A model generated the notes under the pieces. It had not been told where the DNA came from, did not search any database, and was given only the letters and a program-made list of their open reading frames with translations. From Candidatus Pacearchaeota archaeon (lineage in GTDB: Archaea; Nanobdellota; Nanobdellia; Pacearchaeales; DTIR01), in contig JAGVXL010000001.1 of assembly GCA_018303805.1 (NCBI GenBank), positions 506,164 to 570,163 on the forward strand: a stretch of DNA of 64,000 bases. Direction: 5' to 3'. Below are positions 9,590 through 18,923 of this stretch, in pieces. Each line of letters begins with the position of its first letter. Within the stretch, counting starts at the first letter, position 1. A program made the position numbers and the translations under genes.

Positions 9590-9781
9590 ATGGGCAAGGA
9601 TTTGGGAGAAAGGGTTAAGTTGCCGTCATTTAAGAACAATATTTTATTAGATATTGCTCAAATTAATCCTAAAAATAAGAAAAAGATTAATGAATATGCC
9701 CAAGACACAATAGAGTATGCTAACCGATTAGAAAATGCCCCCCGACCCGCAATCCTCAGAGTCAATAAAGAACTTCGCTAG
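9590..9781 (+). CDS. Small hypothetical protein
   Basis: ORF preceded by TATA-like TTTATAT; no motif recognised. Confidence 0.45.
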   Translation: MGKDLGERVKLPSFKNNILLDIAQINPKNKKKINEYAQDTIEYANRLENAPRPAILRVNKELR

Positions 9782-9798
9782 AAAGTTTTTAATTCTAA

Positions 9799-10695
9799 TT
9801 ATATCTCAACCCTCATAAAGTCCCTTGCCAGTTTTGTGTTCTTGAATACCTTTCTTGCCTCATCAAGTATTTTGTCCTCTTCTTTTTCATATCTTTGTGA
9901 GACATGTGTAAGAATAAGCTGTTCTGCTTTCGCTTTTTTTGCAATTTCTGCTGCTTGTTTTGCAGTGAGATGCTTGTATTCCCTTGCCTTTTCCTCTAGT
10001 TCTGCCGAGTAGGTTGCTTCTGATATAAACAAGTTTGCGTCCTTTGCAATCTTGATGCAGTTATCGCATACTGCGGTGTCAAGCATAAATGCAATACTTT
10101 TACCTTGCTCGACATAGCTAACATTCTCTGGCTTGATTGTTTTGCCTTTGAATGTTATGCTTTCCCCTTTCTGCAGTTTGCCTATCAAGGCACCTCGCAA
10201 GCCAATCTTTTTTATTTTTTTGATATCTATCCTTCTCTTGTCAGATTCAGAAAACCTGTAAGCAAGGCATGGTGCTCCATGCTGTAGAGGCAAGGCTTCA
10301 ATGCTGAAATCATCTGTTTTTACAAATGTTCCCCCTTCTATTTCTGTAACATCCACCTTTATCTTCCCTGCAAAAACAAACATGTTGTATATAAAATCAA
10401 CAAATCTCTTTGTTCCCCTCGGGCCATAAATCTCAAGGGTTTTGTTGTAGCCATTTAAGGCAAGAGTTTGAAGCAAGCCCGGAATACCCAAGACATGGTC
10501 GCCATGCCAGTGAGTGATAAGGATGCGGGTAAGCTTGCATGGGTTGAGCTTTGCAATGCGGAACTGCCTCTGGGTTCCTTCCCCGCAGTCAACAAGAATT
10601 GCTTCGTTCTTGTACCTAAGTAGGATGGATGTATGATTTCTTCTTGCAGTAGGAATTGCTTGAGATGTGCCTAAAAATGTGACTTCTATCATCAA
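9799..10695 (-). CDS. rnz: Ribonuclease Z
   Basis: FLGTSQAIP, DCGEGTQRQ, THWHGDHVLG, FMLDT, HLT, LTHVSQRY metallo-beta-lactamase motifs. Confidence 0.96.
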   Translation of the reverse strand: MMIEVTFLGTSQAIPTARRNHTSILLRYKNEAILVDCGEGTQRQFRIAKLNPCKLTRILITHWHGDHVLGIPGLLQTLALNGYNKTLEIYGPRGTKRFVDFIYNMFVFAGKIKVDVTEIEGGTFVKTDDFSIEALPLQHGAPCLAYRFSESDKRRIDIKKIKKIGLRGALIGKLQKGESITFKGKTIKPENVSYVEQGKSIAFMLDTAVCDNCIKIAKDANLFISEATYSAELEEKAREYKHLTAKQAAEIAKKAKAEQLILTHVSQRYEKEEDKILDEARKVFKNTKLARDFMRVEI

Positions 10696-10710
10696 TCAAG
10701 AAATCCCTGC

Positions 10711-10744
10711 ATTTTTAAATACCTTTTGGAATAAGGTTTAAATA
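10711..10744. promoter_or_regulatory. Divergent BRE/TATA pair between rnz and endA
   Basis: + strand AAGGTTTAAATA about 22 nt before endA; - strand AAAAGGTATTTAAAAAT before rnz. The same pattern recurs upstream of many genes in the window. Confidence 0.6.
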
Positions 10745-10765
10745 TCGTTTTAAATTAATAATCCC

Positions 10766-11341
10766 ATGAAAGTCAGGAAAGAAGGCAGGCAAGTTAAGAA
10801 AAAACCAGCTGACAAGGAAAAGAACAAAATCTTCAAGGTAGTATTGGCGGGAGAGAGGGTTTTTTCTAATGCCAAGGAGGCATTTACCTTATATGATTCA
10901 AGCAGGTTAGGCGAGCCAAAGGAAGGCAAGGTTTATTATTCCCTTGTTGAAACGCTTTACTTGCTTGAAAAAGGAAAATTGCAGGTTTACAAGGGCAAGA
11001 AAAAAGTTACAAGCAACATGTTCCTGAAAGAGGCCCAGCTTCTTGAAAATAATTTCCATACAAGGTTTATTGTTTTTAGGGACATGAGAAACAGGGGCTA
11101 TATAGTCAAAACTGCTTTAAAGTTTGGTGCCGATTTCAGGGTTTATGAACGGGGCGTTAAGCCTGGGCAAGAACATGCAAAGTGGATTCTTTATCCCGTT
11201 TTTGAATCCACTAGCTTAACATGGCATGAGTTCGCTGCGAAAAACAGGGTTGCGCATTCAACAAGAAAGAAGCTCCTTATAGCAATTGTCGATGATGAAA
11301 ATGATGTAACTTATTACGAGGTAGCATGGAGAAGGCCTTGA
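10766..11341 (+). CDS. endA: tRNA-intron (splicing) endonuclease, single-unit
   Basis: YSLVETLYL, DMRNRGYIVKTALKFGADFRVY (catalytic Tyr), EH (His, 10 residues later), KNRVAHSTRKK (Lys). Confidence 0.95.
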   Translation: MKVRKEGRQVKKKPADKEKNKIFKVVLAGERVFSNAKEAFTLYDSSRLGEPKEGKVYYSLVETLYLLEKGKLQVYKGKKKVTSNMFLKEAQLLENNFHTRFIVFRDMRNRGYIVKTALKFGADFRVYERGVKPGQEHAKWILYPVFESTSLTWHEFAAKNRVAHSTRKKLLIAIVDDENDVTYYEVAWRRP

Positions 11342-11381
11342 GAGATTGTTCTATTTTAATAAAATTGAGATTAAATGAAAA

Positions 11382-12242
11382 ATGATGGATGTAGAGGGAA
11401 AGAAAAGAAAGATAATGGAGATTATACAACAAAGAGGCCCGTCATTGCCGATTCATGTTGCGCGCGGCACAGAATTGAATATCTTGTTTGCTTCAGCGAT
11501 TCTCTCTGAGATGGTCTCAAACAAGATTCTGAATGTAAGCAGCTTGAAAGTTGGAGGCTCTCCTCTCTATTACTTGCCAGGTCAGGAGGAGATGCTTGAC
11601 AATTTCTTTGCGTATCTGCCTTCAAAGGAAAAGGATGCATTTCTTTTGTTAAAGAAGAATAATCTGCTTGAAGATGAAAAGCTGCAGCCGGCATTGAGGG
11701 TTGCAATGCGCGACATAAAGGATTTTGCAGTTTTATTCAGCATGAAAACAGAAGCTGAAGATAAAATTTTCTGGCGTTTTCATTCCTTTCGGAAAGAAGA
11801 TGCCATTAAAACTGCCGAAGCCATTCTCTCCAAGGAAAAAAAGCCAAGAAAAGAGGAAAGGAAAGATAAGACAGCAGAAGCCGCCAAGGAAACTTCCGGC
11901 TTAGAAAAATCAAAAGAAATCAAGAAAGTTGGAACCGATTTTATTAAGAAGGTTTATAGTTTTCTTGCGAATGAGAACATAAGGGTGTTAAGCGAGGAAG
12001 AGGCAAAGGGGAAAAGCCTAATGCTTAAAGCCATTGTAAATTCTTCCATAGGGGGGATAGAAATGCTTGTTATTGCAAAGGACAAGAAATCAGTAAGCGA
12101 GAATGATGTCAGAGTTCTGTTAAGCTACAATCAGGCGAGAAGATTGCCAATCCTATTTTTATGCAATGGGAAGCCATCGAAAAAGGCTTTACATGAGATA
12201 GAAAATTTTAAAAGCTTCCTATTTTTAAGGCAGATAGGATAA
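11382..12242 (+). CDS. Hypothetical protein (N-terminal wHTH-like)
   Basis: Long ORF with host-like codons; GGSPLYYLPGQE motif; function not recognised. Confidence 0.7.
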   Translation: MMDVEGKKRKIMEIIQQRGPSLPIHVARGTELNILFASAILSEMVSNKILNVSSLKVGGSPLYYLPGQEEMLDNFFAYLPSKEKDAFLLLKKNNLLEDEKLQPALRVAMRDIKDFAVLFSMKTEAEDKIFWRFHSFRKEDAIKTAEAILSKEKKPRKEERKDKTAEAAKETSGLEKSKEIKKVGTDFIKKVYSFLANENIRVLSEEEAKGKSLMLKAIVNSSIGGIEMLVIAKDKKSVSENDVRVLLSYNQARRLPILFLCNGKPSKKALHEIENFKSFLFLRQIG

Positions 12243-12253
12243 AAGGAGAAAGA

Positions 12254-12442
12254 ATGGGGAGAATAAAATCCGCGGTAATGAAGAAGACAGCAAAACAGTT
12301 TATCAGCGAGAATGCTGGGCTTTTTTCAGCAGATTTTAAAGGAAACAAACAGCTTGTTAAAGGTTTAATTGTTAACAAGAGAACAAGAAATATCGTTGTT
12401 GGCTATATCACACGGCTTGCTAAGACAGGCAAGGAAAAATAA
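12254..12442 (+). CDS. rps17e: 30S ribosomal protein S17e
   Basis: MGRIK...DFKGNK...KRTRNIVVGYITR. Confidence 0.93.
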   Translation: MGRIKSAVMKKTAKQFISENAGLFSADFKGNKQLVKGLIVNKRTRNIVVGYITRLAKTGKEK

Positions 12443-12513
12443 CATCATGCTCAAGCAGTATTGCTTGGATAACAAAGAACTGGGATAAACAAAAATTTCA
12501 AGGAGGTTAAAAA

Positions 12514-12831
12514 ATGACAGAAGAACAAGCAAAGAAAGAGAGAAAGGGGAGCGACAATAACACAATCTTTATTGGCGGCAAGCCCTTCATGAACTATGTG
12601 ACAGGTGTAGTGATGCAGATTACAACAAAAGGCGCGAGAGAAGTAGTGATAAGGGCAAGAGGCAAGTTTATCAGCAGAGCTGTTGATGTTGCTGAAGTAG
12701 CAGCAAAAAAATTCCTGAAAGAGCAGAATATTGCTGTGAAGGATATAAAGATTGACTCAGAGGAATTTGAGAACAAGGAAGGCAGAAAAGTCAATGTCAG
12801 CACAATAGATATAACCCTTGCAAGGAAGTAA
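12514..12831 (+). CDS. albA: DNA/RNA-binding protein Alba
   Basis: IFIGGKPFMNYV...RARGKFISRAVDVAE...VSTIDITL. Confidence 0.96.
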   Translation: MTEEQAKKERKGSDNNTIFIGGKPFMNYVTGVVMQITTKGAREVVIRARGKFISRAVDVAEVAAKKFLKEQNIAVKDIKIDSEEFENKEGRKVNVSTIDITLARK

Positions 12832-12900
12832 GATTTTTTCTTTCTTTTTATTTTTTATATTCTTCTTATTCAGAATTTTGCAGAAAGAAATCATGTGTGA

Positions 12901-12999
12901 TGGCTGTGGGCGGAGTTGAACCGCCGACATCTGCCTATCCCGAATCAATGAAGCAATGATTTCATGAGAGCAGCGCTCTGCCAACTGAGCTACACAGCC
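12901..12999 (-). tRNA. tRNA with CAT anticodon (elongator Met or Ile2), 26-nt intron at 37/38 (12937-12962)
   Basis: Acceptor GGCTGTG/CACAGCC-A; loop CT-CAT-G|intron|A; T-loop TTCAACT. Met versus agmatidine-Ile2 not resolved. Confidence 0.88.
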
Positions 13000-13015
13000 A
13001 TGGCATTAAGAAGAA

Positions 13016-13507
13016 TCAGTGTTTTAAAAGATTTCTTATTTTTCCCGCAATTATCTTAAGATGCTCTGGATCTGCTTTTGGTCCAAGCTGTGTTGTTATA
13101 TATCCCCTATATTCTTTAAAGAAAACAGTTTCTTTTGCCCATATTTCTTGAAAATCTTTTTCTAAGCCATAAATAGGATAAAGCTTTATGTGTGCATGAT
13201 TGACCCCAAGCCCTTCCATTATCATTGCTGTTCTTTTGACATTTAATGCCCTATCAAGCATTTTTGCAACTTTTTTTGCAATCTTTAATAATCCGCAGTA
13301 TTCATTATCTTGCATATTAAAAATATAAGAATCAAAATGTTTTTTTGGCATAACTAAAGTCATTCCGTCAACATTCGGATTTATGTCTAAGAAAGCCAAG
13401 AAATCTTTGTCCTCATAAATAATTTCCGCAGGAATTTCCTTCCTTGCTATCCTGCAGAATATGCAATCCTTATTCCCTTCTTGAGATGGCATCTTTGTAG
13501 TAAACAC
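13016..13507 (-). CDS. HIT family hydrolase
   Basis: DCIFCRIARKEIP, FLDINP; variant HIT motif HAHIKL. Confidence 0.9.
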   Translation of the reverse strand: MFTTKMPSQEGNKDCIFCRIARKEIPAEIIYEDKDFLAFLDINPNVDGMTLVMPKKHFDSYIFNMQDNEYCGLLKIAKKVAKMLDRALNVKRTAMIMEGLGVNHAHIKLYPIYGLEKDFQEIWAKETVFFKEYRGYITTQLGPKADPEHLKIIAGKIRNLLKH

Positions 13508-14123
13508 AGATTTTTTTAAGCTTGCAAATACTGCATCTTGGCTTTCTTGTCAAGCAAATCTCTTTGCCAAAAACAACAAAACCCAAATTTATAATCCTTT
13601 TGCATCTTTCAGGCACAATTTTTTCCAAATCAATCCTGATTTTTTCAGGCTCTCTGTTTTTTGTTAAGCCGAGTCTCTGACTGCAGACAGCAACGTGAAC
13701 ATCAACAGGAATTGTTGCCCTGTTGAAGCCATAGCATAACACAACATCTGCTGTTTTGCAGCCGACACCGGGCAATTCAAGAAGTTTCTCTCTTGTGCTG
13801 GGCACTTTGCCATTGTATTTTTCCAAGAGAATTCTGCAGACTTTTTTAATATTCTTGGCTTTCTGCCTGTAAAAGCCAGAGGGCTTGATGAGCTGCTGCA
13901 GTTTTTTATTATCTAATCTTAATATTGCTTTAGGTGTTTTTGCAATCTGGAAAAGCTGTTTTGATGCCTTTTCAGTATTTTCATCCCTTGTTCTCTGGCT
14001 CAATATGGTGGCTATTAATAGCTGAAAAACATTATCATGCCAATTTCTCAAATCTAAAAGATGCTTCATGTATCTCTTTTTAAGAAATTTACAGATTATT
14101 TTTGCTTTCTCCCCCCCTTTCAT
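13470..14123 (-). CDS. nth: Endonuclease III (HhH-GPD, 4Fe-4S)
   Basis: LIATILSQRT, LPGVGCKTA, VDVHV, C-terminal CxxxxxxCxxCxxxxxC. Confidence 0.95.
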   Translation of the reverse strand: MKGGEKAKIICKFLKKRYMKHLLDLRNWHDNVFQLLIATILSQRTRDENTEKASKQLFQIAKTPKAILRLDNKKLQQLIKPSGFYRQKAKNIKKVCRILLEKYNGKVPSTREKLLELPGVGCKTADVVLCYGFNRATIPVDVHVAVCSQRLGLTKNREPEKIRIDLEKIVPERCKRIINLGFVVFGKEICLTRKPRCSICKLKKICVYYKDAISRRE

Positions 14124-14644
14124 TTTTCAAAAAAATCTTTGGCTTCAAAAAGCCAATGAAGAGGATATTTTAAATCTGCCTTGCCCCTATTTACAACAAC
14201 ATAGCAGCCTAAAATTTTTGCCTTCGTTGGCTTGATAATTTTTATTATCTTTTTTAAACTAGTGCCTGTAGTCATAACATCATCTACAATTGCAATTTTA
14301 TCTTTCGGATTGGGAATATAGCCATCTATTAACTTATTAAGCCCATGATTTTTCTTCTTATTTCTAATCAGAGTTAAGTTCAGTCCATACTTTGAGCTTA
14401 TTGCGGTAGCAAGAGGCAAACCCCCATAATCAGAGGCAGCAATACAATTTGCTTCTTTAGGAATCAGGGCATATAATCTGTCTGTTATTTCATTCAAAAT
14501 CTCTGGAAAGCCATACGCCTTTTTTATATCAATATAGAAATCTGAGATTTTTTTGCTTTTTAATATAACTTTTTGCCTTTCAAGAACATCAAGTTGATTT
14601 AATTTTTCAATTAAGCCTCCCATTTTAAATTCCCGTTGTCTCAC
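14120..14644 (-). CDS. pyrE: Orotate phosphoribosyltransferase
   Basis: SDFYIDIK, IRNKKKNHG, PRPP loop IVDDVMTTGTS. Confidence 0.85.
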   Translation of the reverse strand: MRQREFKMGGLIEKLNQLDVLERQKVILKSKKISDFYIDIKKAYGFPEILNEITDRLYALIPKEANCIAASDYGGLPLATAISSKYGLNLTLIRNKKKNHGLNKLIDGYIPNPKDKIAIVDDVMTTGTSLKKIIKIIKPTKAKILGCYVVVNRGKADLKYPLHWLFEAKDFFEK

Positions 14645-14694
14645 ATTTGGATTTGTTATTGCTATTTACTATATTAGCAAATCAAAATGCTCGA

Positions 14695-14765
14695 TGGACC
14701 CATCGGGAATCGAACCCGAACTACAAGACTGCCAGCCTCGTGTCATGCCTTTAGACCATGGGCCC
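14695..14765 (-). tRNA. tRNA-Ala(GGC), intronless
   Basis: Acceptor GGGCCCA/TGGGTCC-A with G3:U70; loop CT-GGC-AG; T-loop TTCGATT. Confidence 0.9.
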
Positions 14766-14820
14766 GTTATTTACCACCTATTAAAAAAGAAAAGCGTTTA
14801 TAAAAGTAATTCTTGCCAGC

Positions 14821-16308
14821 TTATGCCCTGATTTTTTCCCTTAAGATTTTGGGTAAGTCGGAAATCTTCACCCTTTCCTGCTTCATGCTGTCACGCTCTC
14901 TTATTGTGACATCCTTCTGCTTCATGCTATCATAATCCAATGTTATGCAGAATTTTGTGCCGACTTCATCCTGCCTTCTATAACGCCTGCCGATGCTGCC
15001 CGAATCATCATAGAAAACTTTTATCTTGGAATCTTTAAGCATTTCATACACCTTTTCCGCCTCCTTGTCCAAGCCATCCTTGTTCACAAGGGGGAAAACA
15101 GCCGCCTCAAAGGGCGCCATTGCCATAGGAAACCTGAAAATCGCCCTTTCTTCTTTATCAACTTTTTCTTTTTTGTAAAAAATGTCAAGAAAAGCCCAGA
15201 TATTCCTGTCAACGCCAAATGAAAGTTCTAAAACATGCGGAATAAGTTTCTTGTTGTTATGAAAGATTTCAAGGTTTTTCCCGGAAATTTTTTCATGCCC
15301 CTTCAGGTCATGGTCTGTCCTGTAATGCAGGCCGGCAACCTCTTTGAATCCGCCAAGAGTCTCTAAATCCAGCTCAATGTCCATATGAATCTTGTTGTAA
15401 AAAGCCCTTTCTTCTTCGCTTAACTCCCTGAACCTAAATTTTTCTTTTGGTATTTTTAGGATGTCAAGATAAAACCCCTGTATCTTCGCAGCATTATAAA
15501 GATAAAATTTCGGGAATTTTTTATGCAGTTCCTTGCATGAAATCTCTTTTGCTTCTTTCTCCTCTGCCAGTTTAACATTTAGCTTCAGATTTTCAATACC
15601 TTCCCATTTTTCAGGATTAAGCTTGTCAATTTCATCCGCATCAAAAAAAATTTGAAGCTCTGCCTGCGTAAATTCTCTCAAGCGGAAAAACAGCTGTCTT
15701 GGCGAGATTTCATTTCTGTAAGCCTTGTCTATTATTGCCAATCCCAAAGGAAGCTTTTTCCTTGTTGCGTCAAATTCCTGATTAAAGGCAAGATAGGCAG
15801 ACTGGGCTGTTTCAGGGCTTAGATAGCCCTTCTCGCCTGCAAAACCTATTGAAACAGGAAACATCATATTGAACCACTTTACTTCGCTCAGCCCACCATT
15901 GCATTTAGGGCATTTCAGCTTTTTCTTTCCTATCAGGCTGTTCATCTCTCCAAGAGACATGCCATCTGTATACGGCTTTGAATCTTCTAATAATTGGTCT
16001 GCTTTGAAGCGGAAGTGGCAGTTCTTGCATTCTGCCAATGGATCATTAAAATTCTCTATATGCCCCGAGGCAATAAAAACTTTCTCAGGCAGGATGTTGT
16101 TGCCTTGGATTTCATAATAATTTTCCTCCTTAAGAAAAAAATTCCTCCATAAATTCTCCCATTTAATCTTCATCAGCTTTCCCAAATGCCCATATGTAAA
16201 AAATCCAGATTTTCCCCCATAAATATCAGCAGTTGGAAAAAAGAACCCCCTTTTGCAGGCTATTGCAGATATTTCATCAGCCCTGTTATTTTCAGGTTTC
16301 CCAGCCAT
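14821..16308 (-). CDS. glyS: Glycyl-tRNA synthetase (alpha2 type)
   Basis: YGHLG, SPETAQ, AYRNEISPRQ..FRLREFTQAE, LELSFGVDR, GSIGRRYRRQDEVG. Confidence 0.96.
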   Translation of the reverse strand: MAGKPENNRADEISAIACKRGFFFPTADIYGGKSGFFTYGHLGKLMKIKWENLWRNFFLKEENYYEIQGNNILPEKVFIASGHIENFNDPLAECKNCHFRFKADQLLEDSKPYTDGMSLGEMNSLIGKKKLKCPKCNGGLSEVKWFNMMFPVSIGFAGEKGYLSPETAQSAYLAFNQEFDATRKKLPLGLAIIDKAYRNEISPRQLFFRLREFTQAELQIFFDADEIDKLNPEKWEGIENLKLNVKLAEEKEAKEISCKELHKKFPKFYLYNAAKIQGFYLDILKIPKEKFRFRELSEEERAFYNKIHMDIELDLETLGGFKEVAGLHYRTDHDLKGHEKISGKNLEIFHNNKKLIPHVLELSFGVDRNIWAFLDIFYKKEKVDKEERAIFRFPMAMAPFEAAVFPLVNKDGLDKEAEKVYEMLKDSKIKVFYDDSGSIGRRYRRQDEVGTKFCITLDYDSMKQKDVTIRERDSMKQERVKISDLPKILREKIRA

Positions 16309-16342
16309 ATTGTAGCTTAACAAGAGATTTTTATAAATTTAA

Positions 16343-17113
16343 CTAATAGGACTTGGATTTTTCAAACATGTATGAGCCAAGAACAATCATAACAACAGAC
16401 ACAGCAGCCAGTACTATCAAGTCAAGCGTTTTCGGGAATATGGAAAATTTCATCAGGCTTGCCCTGAGGCCGTCAACGCCGTACATTAAAGGGTTTATGT
16501 ATGTGAAATAGAAAACAGGTTTTGGCAGGTTCTGCAGAGGGAGCATGGCTCCAGAAAGCAAAAATAAGGGGAATATCATAAAATTCATTATCAAATTAAA
16601 ACCCTGCACGTCAGACATCCTGGAAGCAAAAATCAGCCCCAGGCCGATGAATGTTATTGAAATAAAAAACATAAATAATGCCGCCCACAACACCCCCTGG
16701 ATTGTTGGTGTTTTAATGCGCATAAACAATGCTGCAGAAAGGATTATCAGGCCCTGGATCATAGTTATTGTAACACTGCCAAAAACCCTGCCTAAAACTA
16801 TTGAGATTCTGCTTACCGGAGTCACAACAATCTCTTTCAAAAATCCAAATTCCCTGTCCCATAGGAAGGATACTCCAGAGAACATAGCAGAGAATAAAAT
16901 TGTCGCGCCTATCATTCCCGGCATCAGGAAATTTACATAGTCTATTTCTTCAGGTATGCCTGGAATCATCACGCCAGAAAGGCCCATGCTGAAAAAAGCC
17001 AGGGATAATATAGGGATACCCAATGTTCCGATTATTCTTGACCTCGCCCTGAGAAATCTTTTCATTTCCCTTAACCATAAAGTGGATATCGCAGTCCAAT
17101 TAATCAGCTTCAT
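16343..17113 (-). CDS. ABC-2 transporter permease
   Basis: Six hydrophobic segments; WDREFGFLKEIVVTP; LSGAMLP..NLP; NPLMYGVDGLR. Confidence 0.92.
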   Translation of the reverse strand: MKLINWTAISTLWLREMKRFLRARSRIIGTLGIPILSLAFFSMGLSGVMIPGIPEEIDYVNFLMPGMIGATILFSAMFSGVSFLWDREFGFLKEIVVTPVSRISIVLGRVFGSVTITMIQGLIILSAALFMRIKTPTIQGVLWAALFMFFISITFIGLGLIFASRMSDVQGFNLIMNFMIFPLFLLSGAMLPLQNLPKPVFYFTYINPLMYGVDGLRASLMKFSIFPKTLDLIVLAAVSVVMIVLGSYMFEKSKSY

Positions 17114-18102
17114 TTTAATGGTATCAATCTATGACCCCCCTTTTCTGGCTTGCACTCTTCTTCCCTTATAGTTCTCCCAGTGAATCTTAGGAATACGTCT
17201 TCAAGGCTGGGCTTATGCAGGTTCACAGAGTTAACCCTGACTTGAAAATGCCTTGCTATGTTCATTATTTTTGGGATTTTTCTCTCTGCATCTAAAACAT
17301 TTAAAGCAAGAAACCCGTTATAATTCCTTATCCTTCTTACCCAGCTAATTTTTTTGACATACTCCAAAAATTTTTGGAATTTTATATTTTTAATCTGTAT
17401 TTCCAGCAGGATAACATCAGCCTCAACTAGCTTCTTCAGATTTTTTGGAGTGTTGATAGCGACTATTTTGCCATAATCAATTATTGCGACCCTGTCACAG
17501 AGAAAATCTGCCTCTTCCATGTAATGTGTTGTCAGGACTATTGTTACTTTCTCTTCCCTGTTCAGCTTCTTTATATAGTCCCAGATATGCCTTCTTGTCT
17601 GTGCATCCAATCCTATGGTTGGCTCATCAAGAAAAAGAACTTTTGGCTTGTGTATTAAACTCCTCGCAATTTCTAATCTTCTTTTCATGCCTCCAGAATA
17701 ATTTTCAACTAAGACCTTTGCTTTGTCTGTTAAATCTACCAACCCGAGCATTTTGCTTATTCTTACTGCTCTTTCTGCTTTAGACAGGCCATACATCCTA
17801 GAATGGAAATCCAGATTTTCAAATCCAGTCAGTTGGTCGTCTAGGGAAGGTTCTTGGAATACAATCCCTATATTCTCTCGCACATAGCCAGCTTCTTTTG
17901 CAATTTCAAAACCGGAGATTCTGGCAGTTCCTGCTGTTGGCTTGAGCAGAGTGGACAGCATGCTTATTGTCGTTGTTTTTCCTGCTCCATTAGGCCCAAG
18001 CAGGCCAAGAAGCTCTCCCTCTTTAACCTTAATTGAAATGCTGTCTACGGCTGTCAACTCTCCAAATTTTTTTGTTAGATTATCCACTTCTATTGCAAAC
18101 AT
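17110..18102 (-). CDS. ABC transporter ATP-binding protein (DrrA-like)
   Basis: GPNGAGKTT, YSGGMKRR, FLDEPT, TTHYMEEAD. Confidence 0.95.
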   Translation of the reverse strand: MFAIEVDNLTKKFGELTAVDSISIKVKEGELLGLLGPNGAGKTTTISMLSTLLKPTAGTARISGFEIAKEAGYVRENIGIVFQEPSLDDQLTGFENLDFHSRMYGLSKAERAVRISKMLGLVDLTDKAKVLVENYSGGMKRRLEIARSLIHKPKVLFLDEPTIGLDAQTRRHIWDYIKKLNREEKVTIVLTTHYMEEADFLCDRVAIIDYGKIVAINTPKNLKKLVEADVILLEIQIKNIKFQKFLEYVKKISWVRRIRNYNGFLALNVLDAERKIPKIMNIARHFQVRVNSVNLHKPSLEDVFLRFTGRTIREEECKPEKGGHRLIPLK

Positions 18103-18179
18103 TTTTGGAACAAGGTTTTCAATTTTTTAAATGTTTTGAGAGAGAAGAAAGCGGTTTATAACTTTTGTTAAGGAGTTAT

Positions 18180-18464
18180 CTAATTGGCTATTATTTCTTC
18201 AATATTTTTCTTTATCGAACCAATAAATGGTCCATTAAAATCTGACTTAATCAGATTTATTATATTAATATATTCATCTTTACTAAATTGAGTAAGCACG
18301 ATCTTGCCATCCTTTTTTCTTTCAGCAAAAATAGGCATATGGAATTTGTTTACCTTAAATCTATAAAGATATTCGTTAGGGTCATTGTAATTTCCAGAAG
18401 TTATAACATCTACCCTTATCTTTTTTCCATCATAGATTGTTTTTAAAGTTCCATAATATACCAT
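18180..18464 (-). CDS. AT-rich hypothetical protein
   Basis: ORF only; low-GC codons. Confidence 0.5.
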   Translation of the reverse strand: MVYYGTLKTIYDGKKIRVDVITSGNYNDPNEYLYRFKVNKFHMPIFAERKKDGKIVLTQFSKDEYINIINLIKSDFNGPFIGSIKKNIEEIIAN

Positions 18465-18541
18465 TAAACTACCTATAAACTAACCTTTTTAAAACTTATT
18501 GGAGTATGACTTAATCTTTTTCCTATAACTAAAAATATTCA

Positions 18542-18722
18542 AGCGGGGAGAGGGACTCGAACCCTCGAATAAGAGCTTGCTATTGTAGTTTCTCTACCTT
18601 CCTAGAGTTTCTCTCCGCGAAAAGCTGTGCTTTTCGGGGCACAGGAAAACTTTGTTTTCCTCTGTTTCTAAAGAGAAACTGTAGACTGCAGGCTCCCGCC
18701 GTAGCCACTGGGCCACCCCCGC
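18542..18722 (-). tRNA. tRNA-Cys(GCA) with 108-nt intron at 37/38 (18578-18685)
   Basis: Acceptor GCGGGGG/TCCCCGC with U73 discriminator; stem GGAGC/GCTCT; loop CT-GCA-G|intron|A; T-loop TTCGAGT. Confidence 0.9.
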
Positions 18723-18825
18723 GTGAAACATTAAATAGGGGTTTATTTTTAAAGTTTGTTAGGCAAGCTAGGCAAGCAGGGCAAGCAAGAAAAAGATTTA
18801 AATCGTTGCAGCAATTAAAGAGCAT

Positions 18826-18909
18826 ATGGAAGCCATAATAAAACTTGAAGATGTTTGGAAAATTTATAGTCTTAGTGAAACAAACCTTCCTGTTCTGAAG
18901 GGGCTGCAT
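18826..18909 (+). pseudogene. N-terminal remnant of a LolD/MacB-type ABC ATPase
   Basis: ATG 18826 reads MEAIIKLEDVWKIYSLSETNLPVLKGL, then runs into the antisense tRNA-Arg before any Walker A; promoter-like AAAAGATTTAAAT upstream. Confidence 0.65.
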
Positions 18910-18923
18910 TTTCATTTTAAAAA

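Noticed and set aside
10766-11341. Loss of the catalytic Tyr in EndA (KFG instead of KYG)
   Set aside because: The catalytic Tyr is the one in FRVY, 10 residues before the His, and it is intact.
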